Shown: positions 50,485 to 60,444 of the stretch, piece after piece
Layout of the letters: each line of letters begins with the position of its first letter
How positions within the stretch are numbered: the first letter of the stretch is position 1
Assembly (NCBI GenBank): GCA_965223905.1
Contig: CBDCXV010000002.1
Coordinates: forward strand, 288,001 to 352,000
Reading direction: 5' to 3'
Origin: Candidatus Latescibacterota bacterium
Lineage (GTDB): Bacteria > Latescibacterota > UBA2968 > UBA8231
Length of the DNA stretch: 64,000 nt
Made by a program: the position numbers and the translations under genes
Notes under the pieces: model-generated
Database searches by the model: none
Told to the model about the DNA's origin: nothing
The model's input: only the letters and a program-made list of their open reading frames with translations

Positions 50485-51501
50485 TCAGCCCCACACTTTT
50501 TCCCATCTGTTGTTGGCGGCGGAGCGATATATCGCCAGTGCGGTTCTGAGCTCGCCGAGCGCCATTTCGGGTCCCGCTTCCGGCTGTTTGCCGTCGAGAA
50601 CGGCTTTCGAGAAGTCGTCGAGCTCCGGTCCGAACGACTTGGGGTATCCCATCGGCTCCATCACCGGCATCCCGTCTCGATGGTCGCTGTCGAACAGCCG
50701 CAGCCCTCCGTCGAAACCGCCGTCGATCAGGATCTCGCCACGCGTGCCGGTGATCCGCCACCAGGAATCCGGGGCGAGCACAGTCTCGAGCATCATGGCG
50801 TCGAACATCGCCACGCGGCCCGACTGGAAACGCAGCAGGGCGCGGGTCAGGGATTCCCCTTCCATCCTTTCGAGGGGCCTGTCGACCACGGCGACGACTT
50901 CGTCCACTTCTCCCATCCACATGCGCAGCGGCCTGATCCAATGAGCGCCCCCGTCTATGGTGATGCCGCCCCCGGTGCGCTTGCTGTCGTACCGCCACGG
51001 CTTTTCGTCCTTGAACCAGTAGTCGTCGAACTCCATGACGAACGCCGCCCTCGCGGTGAGGATGTCGCCGATGGCCCCGTCGTCGATCAGGCGTTTGGCG
51101 GCGACGATCTCGGGCCAGTACTGCGAGTTCTCGGCGACCATGAACACCACCCCGCAGCCGGCGGCTGCGGACATGATGCGGTCGCAGGCGTCGAGGGTGG
51201 GGGCCATCGGTTTTTCGAGCAGCACGTGCTTGCCGGCTTCGAACAGCCTGCAGGCAGCCCACTCGTGCAAATCGTGGGGCAGCATCACGTCCACGGCGTC
51301 GAAGTCGCCGCGGTGAAGGGCCTCATCGAGGGATGTGAAGATCTCCGCTCCTGTCTTTTCGGCGATCTCTTCCGCCTTTCCGGCATCGGTGTCGATTGCG
51401 GCGGTGATCTCGATGCGGGGGGCGCTCTCGCGAATCCCGTCGAGGTGAAAATGCGATATTGCCCCGCACCCCAGCAGGGCGAGCTTCATGGTTTCGGCCA
51501 T
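50485..51501 (-). CDS. Gfo/Idh/MocA-family oxidoreductase
   Basis: GCGAIS Rossmann motif, GKHVLLEKPMA, GGG...DGGAHWI. Confidence 0.92.
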   Translation of the reverse strand: MAETMKLALLGCGAISHFHLDGIRESAPRIEITAAIDTDAGKAEEIAEKTGAEIFTSLDEALHRGDFDAVDVMLPHDLHEWAACRLFEAGKHVLLEKPMAPTLDACDRIMSAAAGCGVVFMVAENSQYWPEIVAAKRLIDDGAIGDILTARAAFVMEFDDYWFKDEKPWRYDSKRTGGGITIDGGAHWIRPLRMWMGEVDEVVAVVDRPLERMEGESLTRALLRFQSGRVAMFDAMMLETVLAPDSWWRITGTRGEILIDGGFDGGLRLFDSDHRDGMPVMEPMGYPKSFGPELDDFSKAVLDGKQPEAGPEMALGELRTALAIYRSAANNRWEKVWG

Positions 51502-51685
51502 TTCAGTCTCCGGAAACTTTGAGGTTCGGTGTCATAAATCGAAAATCAAGGTAAATGGCGGAAACCTGCTATCAAGAGCCGGCTTCCCGTCACTATATTT
51601 GGATTGCTCATGAAGTCACAGGGTTCCGCATCCTGAGATCACCCCGCGGAACATTTTGCAATCGCGTTAACGGGAGGAAGCAGCG

Positions 51686-54625
51686 ATGACAAATCGACGA
51701 CAAGGTCTTCTCAGGGCAATCCTCGCGACGGCGCTCGCGGCGCACCCGGCCCTGGGCGGAGACGCGACCCTTTCCGGCCGCGTAACCGATGCGAGCGGGA
51801 CGCCCATGCCGGGTGCTAATCTGATCCTGACGGGATCCTCTCTGGAAGCTCCGATGGGAACTGCCGCCAAGGCGGAAGGCGAGTACAGCTTCGCCGGCGT
51901 CAACCCCGGGCGTTACCAGCTCGAGGTGAGTCACGTAGGTTACCGCACTGCTTCCATCGCAGACATAGAACTCGAATCGGGCGCCTCCAAGCGGCTCGAT
52001 ATCGAACTTGAAGAGGCGGCGATCTACCTCGAGCAGAGTATCGTATCTGCCTCCCGGAGGAAGGAAAAGGCTCTCGACGCCCCCGCTTCGGTCGCAGTGG
52101 TCGAGGGATCCGAGATCCGGGACAAGCCTGCCCTCAACGTTTCGGAGCACGTTCGCGACCTGCCCGGCGTCGACTTCGCAAAGAGTGGGCTCGTCCAGAG
52201 CAACGCGGTAGTGCGCGGCTTCAACAACGTCTTCTCCGGCGCCATGCTGATCCTCACAGACAACCGCATCGCCCGGGTTCCCTCCTTGCGGGTGAACGCC
52301 TACAACTTCATCCCGGTGGTCAACGAGGACATCGAGCGCATCGAGGTGGTACTGGGACCGGGGTCCGCCCTTTACGGCCCCAACAGCGCCAGGGGCGTCA
52401 TGCACATCATAACGCGGTCGCCCTTCGCGTCGGCCGGCACGAACGTGCGTCTCGGGATGGGGGAGCGATCGCTGCGCAAGGGGGCGGTCCGCCACGCAGG
52501 AATAATCAGCCCCAACCTGGCTTACAAGATCTCGGCGCAATATTACACGGGTAACGATTGGGAGTACGAGGATCCTGTCGAGCTGAAAGCCAGGGAAGCG
52601 AATCCGGATCTCGAGGCTCGAGATTTCGGCATCGAGCGACAGAGCGCCGAAGCGCGCATCGACTATCGCCCCGGTGAAGATATGTCAGCGGTGGTATCGG
52701 CGGGGTACAACCGCGGCGATCAGATCGAGCTCACCGGGCTGGGCGCAGGCCAGGCGGATAACTGGGCCTACAACTACGTACAGACCCGGTTCCTGTACCG
52801 CAGCCTGTTTGCCCAGTGGTACCGTAACTGGAGCGACGCCGGCGACACCTTTCTGCTTCGGAACGGGGACGCGATCGTCGACAAGTCCAGCCTCAATGTC
52901 TTCCAGATCCAGCATGCGTATGCGCTCGGCGGCAATCAGCGTTTCATCTACGGATTGGACGCGCTGCTGACGAGGCCGGACACGGAAGGCACGATCACGG
53001 GGCAGAACGAAGAGGAGGACAACATCGACGAGTACGGCGCTTATCTGCAGAGCGATACCGACCTCGGGGAGCAACTCGATATCGTGCTGGCCTTGCGCTA
53101 CGACCAACACAACCGCCTCGACGACGGCGTGCTGTCACCCCGGGCCGGGCTGGTTTTCAAGCCGCGCCAGACCCAGACGTTGAGACTGACGTACAACCGC
53201 GCCTTCGACACTCCCTCTACGAGCAACCTCTATCTCGAGCGCCTGGGGCAGTCCGACCCGTTCGGCATCGGCAGCAATTTCGAACCGGTTCTCGGGTTTT
53301 CTCCGGCCATCGATATCCGGGCGCAGGGGACGTATCGCCAAGGGTTCGACGGGGGGTTCACGTTCCGCCACAGCAACGGACGGCCGATGTTCCGCACTCC
53401 GTTCCAGCCTCTGATCGCCGGACAGCTCGGGGCTCTCGGATTGTCCCCCGGAGACCCTGGGTATTCGATCCAGGAGGACGGGTACATAGCCATGGACGAC
53501 CCGGTCGCGACCGGGGTGATGTGGGGGGTGGCGCGGCAGGCGGTGCTCGCCGGCTTCACCTCGCAACTGCAATTGCTCGCACCGGGATTGATCGCGCAAC
53601 AGCTGCAGGCTTTGGGAATGGAGGCCGATGATGCGCGGGCAGCCGCGGAGGCCCAGACGCAGGTCGTGTTGGAGGCGATTCCCACCCTGGTGCCCGAGCA
53701 GCTGCCGGGGCTTGCGAATGCGATGCTGACTCTCAATCCCGGGACGGGAAGCTTCGCCCCGGCGACCGGCGTCTTCGACGTGCCGCGCACCGAGCCGACC
53801 ATTACCCAGACAGTGGAGCTCGGATACAAGGGGATCGTCGGCGACAAGCTCGTCGTCGCCGCTGACGTCTATCGCAGCGATATCGAGAATTTCGTAGGAC
53901 CTCTGAAAGTGGAGACCCCCAATGTATTCCTGGATCCAGGCAGCCTTGTTGCCGCTCTCGGTCCCGCCTTCGCAGCCTCTCTGGGAGATCCCGACAACGC
54001 AGAAGTCGCCCAGGTCCTGGGGGCTCTCGACCAGATTTCCATACCCGGAGTACTCGAGGGCAACAACAACGGCTCCGCGGTCGACGAGCTGACCACCCTG
54101 TTCGCGGCAGGGGCGGCGAGAATCCCGTTCGGAACCGTGTCCCCCGAACAGGCGTACGATCCCAATGCGGTGCTCTTGACCCACCGCAACTTCGGCTCTA
54201 TCACGCTGTACGGAATGGACTTGAGTGCCGTCTACTACCCGAACGACCGGTGGTCGATCTCCGGCAACTTCTCGTTCGTCAACGACGTTTTCTTCGAGGC
54301 TCTCGACGGTATTGCCGACATCTCGCTCAACGCTCCGAAACAGAAGTTCAAGCTGTCGAGCTCGTACAGTATGCCGGATTGGAACCTGCGCGTGGGAGGC
54401 GGCGTTCGCTACAACGGCTCGTTCCGCCAGGACTCCGGGGTTTATGTCGGCGACGTCGACCCGTACACGGTGGTTGATATGAACGCGGTCTACGACCTGC
54501 CGTTCGCAGAGGACCTGTCGCTGATGTTAAACGTCGACAACGTCCTCAACAGCCGGTACCGGTCCTGGGCCGGCGCACCGGAGATCGGGCGGCTCGCCTA
54601 TCTGCAGCTCGGTCTGGACTTCTGA
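51686..54625 (+). CDS. TonB-dependent receptor with N-terminal carboxypeptidase-regulatory-like domain
   Basis: Signal peptide, GRVTD...PGAN domain, plug (IERIEVVLGPGSALYG...GVMHIIT), C-terminal NVDNVLN...GLDF. Confidence 0.93.
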   Translation: MTNRRQGLLRAILATALAAHPALGGDATLSGRVTDASGTPMPGANLILTGSSLEAPMGTAAKAEGEYSFAGVNPGRYQLEVSHVGYRTASIADIELESGASKRLDIELEEAAIYLEQSIVSASRRKEKALDAPASVAVVEGSEIRDKPALNVSEHVRDLPGVDFAKSGLVQSNAVVRGFNNVFSGAMLILTDNRIARVPSLRVNAYNFIPVVNEDIERIEVVLGPGSALYGPNSARGVMHIITRSPFASAGTNVRLGMGERSLRKGAVRHAGIISPNLAYKISAQYYTGNDWEYEDPVELKAREANPDLEARDFGIERQSAEARIDYRPGEDMSAVVSAGYNRGDQIELTGLGAGQADNWAYNYVQTRFLYRSLFAQWYRNWSDAGDTFLLRNGDAIVDKSSLNVFQIQHAYALGGNQRFIYGLDALLTRPDTEGTITGQNEEEDNIDEYGAYLQSDTDLGEQLDIVLALRYDQHNRLDDGVLSPRAGLVFKPRQTQTLRLTYNRAFDTPSTSNLYLERLGQSDPFGIGSNFEPVLGFSPAIDIRAQGTYRQGFDGGFTFRHSNGRPMFRTPFQPLIAGQLGALGLSPGDPGYSIQEDGYIAMDDPVATGVMWGVARQAVLAGFTSQLQLLAPGLIAQQLQALGMEADDARAAAEAQTQVVLEAIPTLVPEQLPGLANAMLTLNPGTGSFAPATGVFDVPRTEPTITQTVELGYKGIVGDKLVVAADVYRSDIENFVGPLKVETPNVFLDPGSLVAALGPAFAASLGDPDNAEVAQVLGALDQISIPGVLEGNNNGSAVDELTTLFAAGAARIPFGTVSPEQAYDPNAVLLTHRNFGSITLYGMDLSAVYYPNDRWSISGNFSFVNDVFFEALDGIADISLNAPKQKFKLSSSYSMPDWNLRVGGGVRYNGSFRQDSGVYVGDVDPYTVVDMNAVYDLPFAEDLSLMLNVDNVLNSRYRSWAGAPEIGRLAYLQLGLDF

Positions 54626-54668
54626 TGCCTGGCGGCACCTGAGGGGAAGCAGGAGCAGCATGTAGCGG

Positions 54669-55220
54669 TCAGGTGATCTCGTTACCCCTGGCCATCACGA
54701 CCTTTCCCGTCCGCACCATTTCGCGCAGCTCGAACTTGCTCAGCAGGCGCCCCAGGGCGTCCATCTTTTCGCTTGTTCCGGTGGCCTCGATAGTCAGCGT
54801 CTCATCGGAGATGTCGATAGTCTTGCCGCGAAACACCTCGGTTATCTGCAGGACTTCGGTGCGCTCTTCCACCGAACAGGAGACCTTGAAAAGCGCCAGC
54901 TCCCGCGTCACCGCATCGTCGTCGGTGTGATCCCGGGCGTGGATAACGTCGACGAGCTTGTCGAGCTGCAGGATGATTTGATTGAGCACGTCCCCGGGCC
55001 CGCTGCAGGTGATCGTCATGCGGGAGCAGCTGGGGATGTGAGCCGGCGATACGACCAGCGATTCGATGTTGAAACCGCGCCTGCTGAACACCTGGCTGAT
55101 GCGCATCAGCACGCCGGGCCGGTCGTTGACCATCAGGCCGATGGTCGTCCTGCTGATCGCCGAGGGAGCCGCTTCGAGGCTGGCGGCCGTCCCGGTCCTG
55201 CCGTTGCCGGCAGCCATCAC
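54669..55220 (-). CDS. ilvN: Acetolactate synthase small (regulatory) subunit
   Basis: [35 protein letters not shown]. Confidence 0.95.
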   Translation of the reverse strand: MMAAGNGRTGTAASLEAAPSAISRTTIGLMVNDRPGVLMRISQVFSRRGFNIESLVVSPAHIPSCSRMTITCSGPGDVLNQIILQLDKLVDVIHARDHTDDDAVTRELALFKVSCSVEERTEVLQITEVFRGKTIDISDETLTIEATGTSEKMDALGRLLSKFELREMVRTGKVVMARGNEIT

Positions 55221-56920
55221 GTGCTCCCTTTCGGCGGCGCGAGCTTGCGCTTCGGGGGCTCGATCATCATATCGCTGACCGCTGCTCCCGCCGGTATCAT
55301 CGGCCAGACATTGTCCTCTTTCTCGCAGTGTGCGTGCACGACCACGGGACCGTCGTGCTCGAGCATGCGAGTCAGGATCTTGTCGATGTCAGCGGTGCGC
55401 TTCAGCTGCAGCCCTTTGACGCCGTAGGACTCGGCGAGCTTGACGAAGTCGGGATTGCCCTCGAGATCGACTCCGGACAGGCGGTTCTCGAAGAACAGGT
55501 TCTGCCATTGGCGCACCATCCCGAGGTAGGCGTTGTCCATGACCAGCGTTTTCACCGGGATGTCGTTGACCGCCGCGGTCGCCAGTTCGCACAACGTCAT
55601 CTGGAAGCCGCCGTCGCCGACAATGGCGATAACCGGCTCGCCCGGACGGCCCAGCTGGGCCCCGATGGCGGAGGGAAAGCCGTACCCCATGGTCCCCGAT
55701 CCCCCCGAGGACAGCCACTGGCGGTGATAGGAGGTTTTGTAGAATTGCGCCGCCCACATCTGGTGCTGGCCGACGTCGGTGGTGACGACCGCCCTGCCAT
55801 CGGTGAGGTGGTAGAGCCGGTCGAACACCGCCTGCATCTTGAGGCCCCCCTTGCGGCCGTACTTGAGGGGGTACTTCTGCTTCCACTCGTCGATCTGGGC
55901 GAGCCAGTCCGCGGTGTCGAGAGGCTCCACGTGATTGACAAGCTCTTCGAGCACCTGGAGGGCGTCTCCTTCGATGAAGACGTCCGGCATCACGACCTTG
56001 CCGTGCTCCGCGGGGTCGATGTCGACGTGGATCTTTTTCGCCTCGGGACAGAACTCGGACAGCTTGCCGGTGATGCGATCGTCCCAGCGCCCGCCCACCG
56101 ACATGATGAGATCGCAGCCGACCACCGCCTTGTTGGCGTAGGCGGTGCCGTGCATTCCGAGCATGCCGACCGAAAGCGGGTGCGTCTCGGGAAAGCTCCC
56201 TTTGCCCAGCAGAGTGTTGGTTACCGGCATGCGCGTCTTTTCGGCGAAGGCTCGGGCGGCGTGGTGGGCGCCGGCGCTGATACACCCTCCGCCCAGGTAA
56301 AGCAACGGGCGTTTGCTGCGGCGCAGCAGGCGGGCGGCCTCCATCAACAGCTCTGCAGCCGGCTTGGGGTCGTTGTGGTATCCGGGCAGGTGGACCTTTT
56401 CGGGCCACGGCGCGGTACAGCCTTCTGATTGCGTAACATCTTTCGGCAGGTCGACTAGGACGGGGCCCAGGCGACCGGTCGTGGCGATGTGGAAAGCCTC
56501 CATCATCACCCTCGGTATTTCGTTGGGGTCCTTGACGAGGTAGGAGTGTTTGACCACCGGCATCGAGATGCCGAACACGTCGGCTTCCTGGAAGGCGTCC
56601 TTTCCGAGCATCTCGGTCGGGGTCTGCCCGGTAAGGACCACCATCGGCACCGAATCCATGTGGGCGGTCAGAAGCCCGGTTATGGTATTGGTGGCGCCGG
56701 GACCCGACGTTACGAGGACGACTCCCGGCTTGCCGGTGGCGCGGGCGTAACCGTCGGCCATGTGGGTCGCCCCCTGTTCGTGGCGCGTGAGGATGAACTT
56801 CGTCTCCGTCGAATGCCACAGGGCGTCGAAAATCGGCATGGCCGCACCGCCGGGGTGGCCGAATATGTACTCGACACCCGCCCTTTCGACTGCCTCCATG
56901 ACAACATCCGCACCTCTCAT
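55217..56920 (-). CDS. ilvB: Acetolactate synthase large subunit
   Basis: [36 protein letters not shown] ThDP motif. ATG at 56920 has a GGAG RBS; alternative TTG at 56965. Confidence 0.96.
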   Translation of the reverse strand: MRGADVVMEAVERAGVEYIFGHPGGAAMPIFDALWHSTETKFILTRHEQGATHMADGYARATGKPGVVLVTSGPGATNTITGLLTAHMDSVPMVVLTGQTPTEMLGKDAFQEADVFGISMPVVKHSYLVKDPNEIPRVMMEAFHIATTGRLGPVLVDLPKDVTQSEGCTAPWPEKVHLPGYHNDPKPAAELLMEAARLLRRSKRPLLYLGGGCISAGAHHAARAFAEKTRMPVTNTLLGKGSFPETHPLSVGMLGMHGTAYANKAVVGCDLIMSVGGRWDDRITGKLSEFCPEAKKIHVDIDPAEHGKVVMPDVFIEGDALQVLEELVNHVEPLDTADWLAQIDEWKQKYPLKYGRKGGLKMQAVFDRLYHLTDGRAVVTTDVGQHQMWAAQFYKTSYHRQWLSSGGSGTMGYGFPSAIGAQLGRPGEPVIAIVGDGGFQMTLCELATAAVNDIPVKTLVMDNAYLGMVRQWQNLFFENRLSGVDLEGNPDFVKLAESYGVKGLQLKRTADIDKILTRMLEHDGPVVVHAHCEKEDNVWPMIPAGAAVSDMMIEPPKRKLAPPKGST

Positions 56921-57140
56921 CTCAATTCTCCGTGTTTCTCCGGCTATCTCTGATTTAATGGTCAAGTATATGGGGAATACCCCATTATCGCAAGACGGCT
57001 CCTGAATTCAGAGGCTAATTTATGCAGAAAACAGGCCTGATTGACTACGTGGAAAAAGGAAATGGAGCTGTTTATACAGAAAAACGGCTTTAAATTCCGC
57101 GATGGGGGATTGGGTGGGACTACCGGAAAACCCTGTCCGC

Positions 57141-58253
57141 TCAGGGGACCAGGTAGGTCTCGAGCACCTGTTCGTCGACGGTTACCCCGAGCCCGGGGCC
57201 TTCCGGCAGAGATACGAAGCCGTCTTCGACAGGGAAGGTCTCTTTCGTGAGCTCATGCCGCAGAGGGGACTCGGCCATGCAGTACTCGAAAACCTCGCCG
57301 CCCGGGGCGGCGGCCAGGCCGTGGAGGGAGGCGGCGATGGTGATCCCGCTCTTGAAGCTGTGGTTGACGAAGCGGCGATGGTGGCGTGCCGCCAGGCGGC
57401 CGACCTCGACCATGGTCGAGATGCCGCATCGACCTGGATCCGGCTGGATCCAGTCGACCCCGCCGTCGACCAGCAGGCGCTCGAAGCTGTCGAGACGGGA
57501 TTCGGCCTCGCCAGCGGCGATCGCGATCGGGCTGGCTTCGCTGAGCAGCCGGTAGCCCTCGACCTCGTCCGGGTTCAACGGCTCTTCAATCCAGAATGGA
57601 CGGAACTCCTCGAACTGCCCTGCCCGTTTAAGCGCCGTTTTCCAGTCCCAGACCTGGCCGGCGTCGATCAGCACGTCGACCTCGTCGCCGGCGCCGCGGC
57701 GTGCCTGCCGGACCAGCTCGATGTCGTTGGCCTCGCTCTGTCCCATCGGACCCCACCCGAACTTGATCGCGGTGAATCCCTGGTCGGCGAACCTGCGGGC
57801 CAGCTCGTATGTCTGGGCAGGAGTGTCGCCGAACAGGATCGAGCAGTAGGCGCGGAATTTCGTTTCGTGCGGTCCGCCTAGCAGGCGGCAGACTGGTTGA
57901 TCGAGCGCTTTACCGGTGATGTCCCAGAGTGCCTGATTGACGCCTGCCATGGCATGGGAGCCGGCACCGCTGCGGCCGTAGTAGTTGGCCCCTTCCCACA
58001 TGCGGGCCATGCACACATCGATCGCAAGGGGATTCTCGCCTGCCAGGATGTTGGCGAGGCCGTTGGCGATCTGGTGCGACAGCGGCGCCTCGACGACGGC
58101 CTTGACCACTGTCGGGGCGGAGTCGACCTCGCCCCAGCCGGTAATGCCAGCGTCGGTGTCGATACGGATCAGGCAGGTGTCCTGAGTCCCTTCGCGCTTG
58201 TCGGTCACCTCGGGCAGGCGCAGAACGAGAGCGGATACGGCGGTGATTTTCAT
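57141..58253 (-). CDS. Mandelate racemase/muconate lactonizing enzyme family protein (possible sugar-acid dehydratase)
   Basis: TDAGITGWGE, ALWDITGK, DAG, EEP, GE, and His in VNHSF. Confidence 0.88.
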   Translation of the reverse strand: MKITAVSALVLRLPEVTDKREGTQDTCLIRIDTDAGITGWGEVDSAPTVVKAVVEAPLSHQIANGLANILAGENPLAIDVCMARMWEGANYYGRSGAGSHAMAGVNQALWDITGKALDQPVCRLLGGPHETKFRAYCSILFGDTPAQTYELARRFADQGFTAIKFGWGPMGQSEANDIELVRQARRGAGDEVDVLIDAGQVWDWKTALKRAGQFEEFRPFWIEEPLNPDEVEGYRLLSEASPIAIAAGEAESRLDSFERLLVDGGVDWIQPDPGRCGISTMVEVGRLAARHHRRFVNHSFKSGITIAASLHGLAAAPGGEVFEYCMAESPLRHELTKETFPVEDGFVSLPEGPGLGVTVDEQVLETYLVP

Positions 58254-58275
58254 GGCGGGTCCGCGAGTTCGAGGT

Positions 58276-60009
58276 TCAGAATTTGAAGACAGTTTCTATG
58301 GTCAACACCTTGCGGCGCTCGAGCGTGCCGTCGGCGGAGCGCTCGAACAGGAACCTCGTCTCCATAACGGCAGAAACGCCGCCCGACATCTGAGCTCCGA
58401 GCTGGTAGCCGTAGAAGGTGTCCTCCGTCGGTTCGAAGAAACCATCGCTGGAGCCGGGAGTGCCCTCCTGATCCAGGTGGGCGCCGATGTTGTTTTTCTG
58501 GAAATACACCTCGGCGCGCGAGATTCTGGGAATTTTTCTCAGCAGTTCGGGTGAAACCCTTGCGGAGAAGTGAAGCTGCTGCTTGGGATGTCCCGAGCCC
58601 ATCAGGTGCTGGTAGTCGGCAAACGCGTCGAGGACACCGTAGATGTCGGTTTGCAACCGGCCAAACCCCCCCGAGACCGATTCGCCGCGGCGCAACTGGG
58701 AATCCTTCGGGGTCGCTTTTCCGGTGGCGAGGTCGATGCGCGCCCGGTCGAGTTCGTACAGGTTGTCGAAATAGCCTGAATCGAAGTCGTCCCGGAAATA
58801 GCGGAACTCGAGCCGGCCGTCGATGGGGCCGGCTCGCAACCACAGCCCCGGCGCCATCAGGCCGAACCCCTCGGCTTTTCGATTTCCGGCAACGACACCC
58901 TGCTCCTCGGCCTCGGCGTCGCTGAGCTCGTCGTCGTCATCCAGAATAGCGGCGATCTGACCGTAAAGCAGCACGTCGAAACGGCTGCCCTCGACGATCG
59001 GATAGCCGGCGTCGAAACCGACGATCGCAAAGCGGTCACGTCCGACCTTGTCCTTGTTGAACGGCCTTTTGCGACTGACATCCCGGTCGACCATGAAGCT
59101 GTCCGGATAGGTCTGTTCCAGGCCTTCAAGCACCGGGATGGCGCCGCCGGGAAGGTCGCTGTCCTCGTCGATGTCGAGGAGGCCGTCGTTGTCGTCATCG
59201 ATGTCGAGCTGGTCCGGGGCCCCGTCGCCGTCGTTGTCGAGGGCGGCCGTAGCATCCGCTGGAAAGGCGTCGACGGCATCTGGGTAGCCGTCGTCGTCGC
59301 GGTCGAGGAGGCCGCTGTACTGGTCGAGGTCGATTACGAAGGTGAGACCGACCTCGAGTTTATCCACTACATCGCGCGCGGCGCGAGCGCCGACTAGCGC
59401 ACCTCCCTGCTGGAAGTCCTGAAGGTTGTTGATAACCCCCTCGATCGTCACGCCCCCCGGCCAGGTCCGGGTCTGGAACAGCACCCCCGTTTTCTTTATT
59501 CCCGGATAGTGCAGCGTGTTTCGGTAACGGTCTACAATCAAACCGTACCCAAGAGTAACGCGATCGAGGGCCCCCACCTTGAAGAACAGCGGATCCCTCG
59601 GCTTGCCGAAGCGCACGTAGTAGATCTTGCGGAGAATGGTGTCCAGGGTTTCGGTGCTGTTGCCGAACGACCAGCCTTTGTCGCTGAAATTTCCCTTCTC
59701 GTCTATGAAAAGCTCGATATCGAAAGCCAGTCCCCAGTTTCCCAGCGGAATATCAGGGCGCAGGCTGAGCCGATAGAGCTGCTGGTCTCCCACCGTTACG
59801 CTGCCCATGCTGGCGCTGTACTGCGGACCGGAGCTGTAGCGGGATTCCGAGCCACCGGATGCGGGATCGGTCATCTGCGCGCCGCCTGCAGCCGGGCCGA
59901 GCAATGCCGGGCATAGAAAGAGGAGGGCCGTCCGGAAAGGGGGAACCCATGCTGGCCGCGCGCCTGGTCGGAGGCACATCCCTGCCATCGCGGTCAAAGC
60001 GCCTATCAT
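58276..60009 (-). CDS. Probable outer-membrane beta-barrel protein with thrombospondin type-3-like Asp-rich insert
   Basis: Signal-like N-terminus, amphipathic strands, terminal TIETVFKF, insert DRDDDGYPDAVDAFP...DNDGDGAPDQLDIDDDNDGLLD. Start approximate. Confidence 0.75.
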   Translation of the reverse strand: MIGALTAMAGMCLRPGARPAWVPPFRTALLFLCPALLGPAAGGAQMTDPASGGSESRYSSGPQYSASMGSVTVGDQQLYRLSLRPDIPLGNWGLAFDIELFIDEKGNFSDKGWSFGNSTETLDTILRKIYYVRFGKPRDPLFFKVGALDRVTLGYGLIVDRYRNTLHYPGIKKTGVLFQTRTWPGGVTIEGVINNLQDFQQGGALVGARAARDVVDKLEVGLTFVIDLDQYSGLLDRDDDGYPDAVDAFPADATAALDNDGDGAPDQLDIDDDNDGLLDIDEDSDLPGGAIPVLEGLEQTYPDSFMVDRDVSRKRPFNKDKVGRDRFAIVGFDAGYPIVEGSRFDVLLYGQIAAILDDDDELSDAEAEEQGVVAGNRKAEGFGLMAPGLWLRAGPIDGRLEFRYFRDDFDSGYFDNLYELDRARIDLATGKATPKDSQLRRGESVSGGFGRLQTDIYGVLDAFADYQHLMGSGHPKQQLHFSARVSPELLRKIPRISRAEVYFQKNNIGAHLDQEGTPGSSDGFFEPTEDTFYGYQLGAQMSGGVSAVMETRFLFERSADGTLERRKVLTIETVFKF

Positions 60010-60148
60010 GCAGGCCTCTTCAAGGACACCCCTTCCGCCAGTGACAGCCGCAGCTGCCGGGGAAGTACATGTGATTGGGAGATATCGCGTTTTTGGACAT
60101 GGGGAGAGCCGGCAAGGGCCAAGCGCAATCCTATTTTTCATGCTTCGG

Positions 60149-60174
60149 ATACAATTATATATATATAATTGTAT
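60149..60174. promoter_or_regulatory. Perfect 26-bp AT-rich palindrome, candidate operator between divergent genes
   Basis: atacaattatata|tatataattgtat is exactly self-complementary. Confidence 0.6.
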
Positions 60175-60444
60175 AGGGACTGAGCACATACTGAGGGATC
60201 GCCAGGACCAAGTCAAACCCCCGATGCAACTCGACATGGTAGCAGCGCGCCCGCTTGCGATCCCCGGAGTTGTACAGGATTATTGCAGGGTTCAGCGGGA
60301 CCGCGAAGGCGACCACGGCACTCGCAAGCAACGACTGCTGCCCCCCAATGAGCTTGCCGGATACCTCCATACGGCACCGTCTCACTTCGTTGCGACGTAC
60401 CGCGAAATCTGTCCGCAAACTACGGCCAACCATGGAAAACCGAA

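Noticed and set aside
51510-51685. Cobalamin or other riboswitch upstream of the TonB receptor
   Set aside because: No B12-box or other recognisable aptamer motif; only a weak hairpin (gttccgc...gcggaac).
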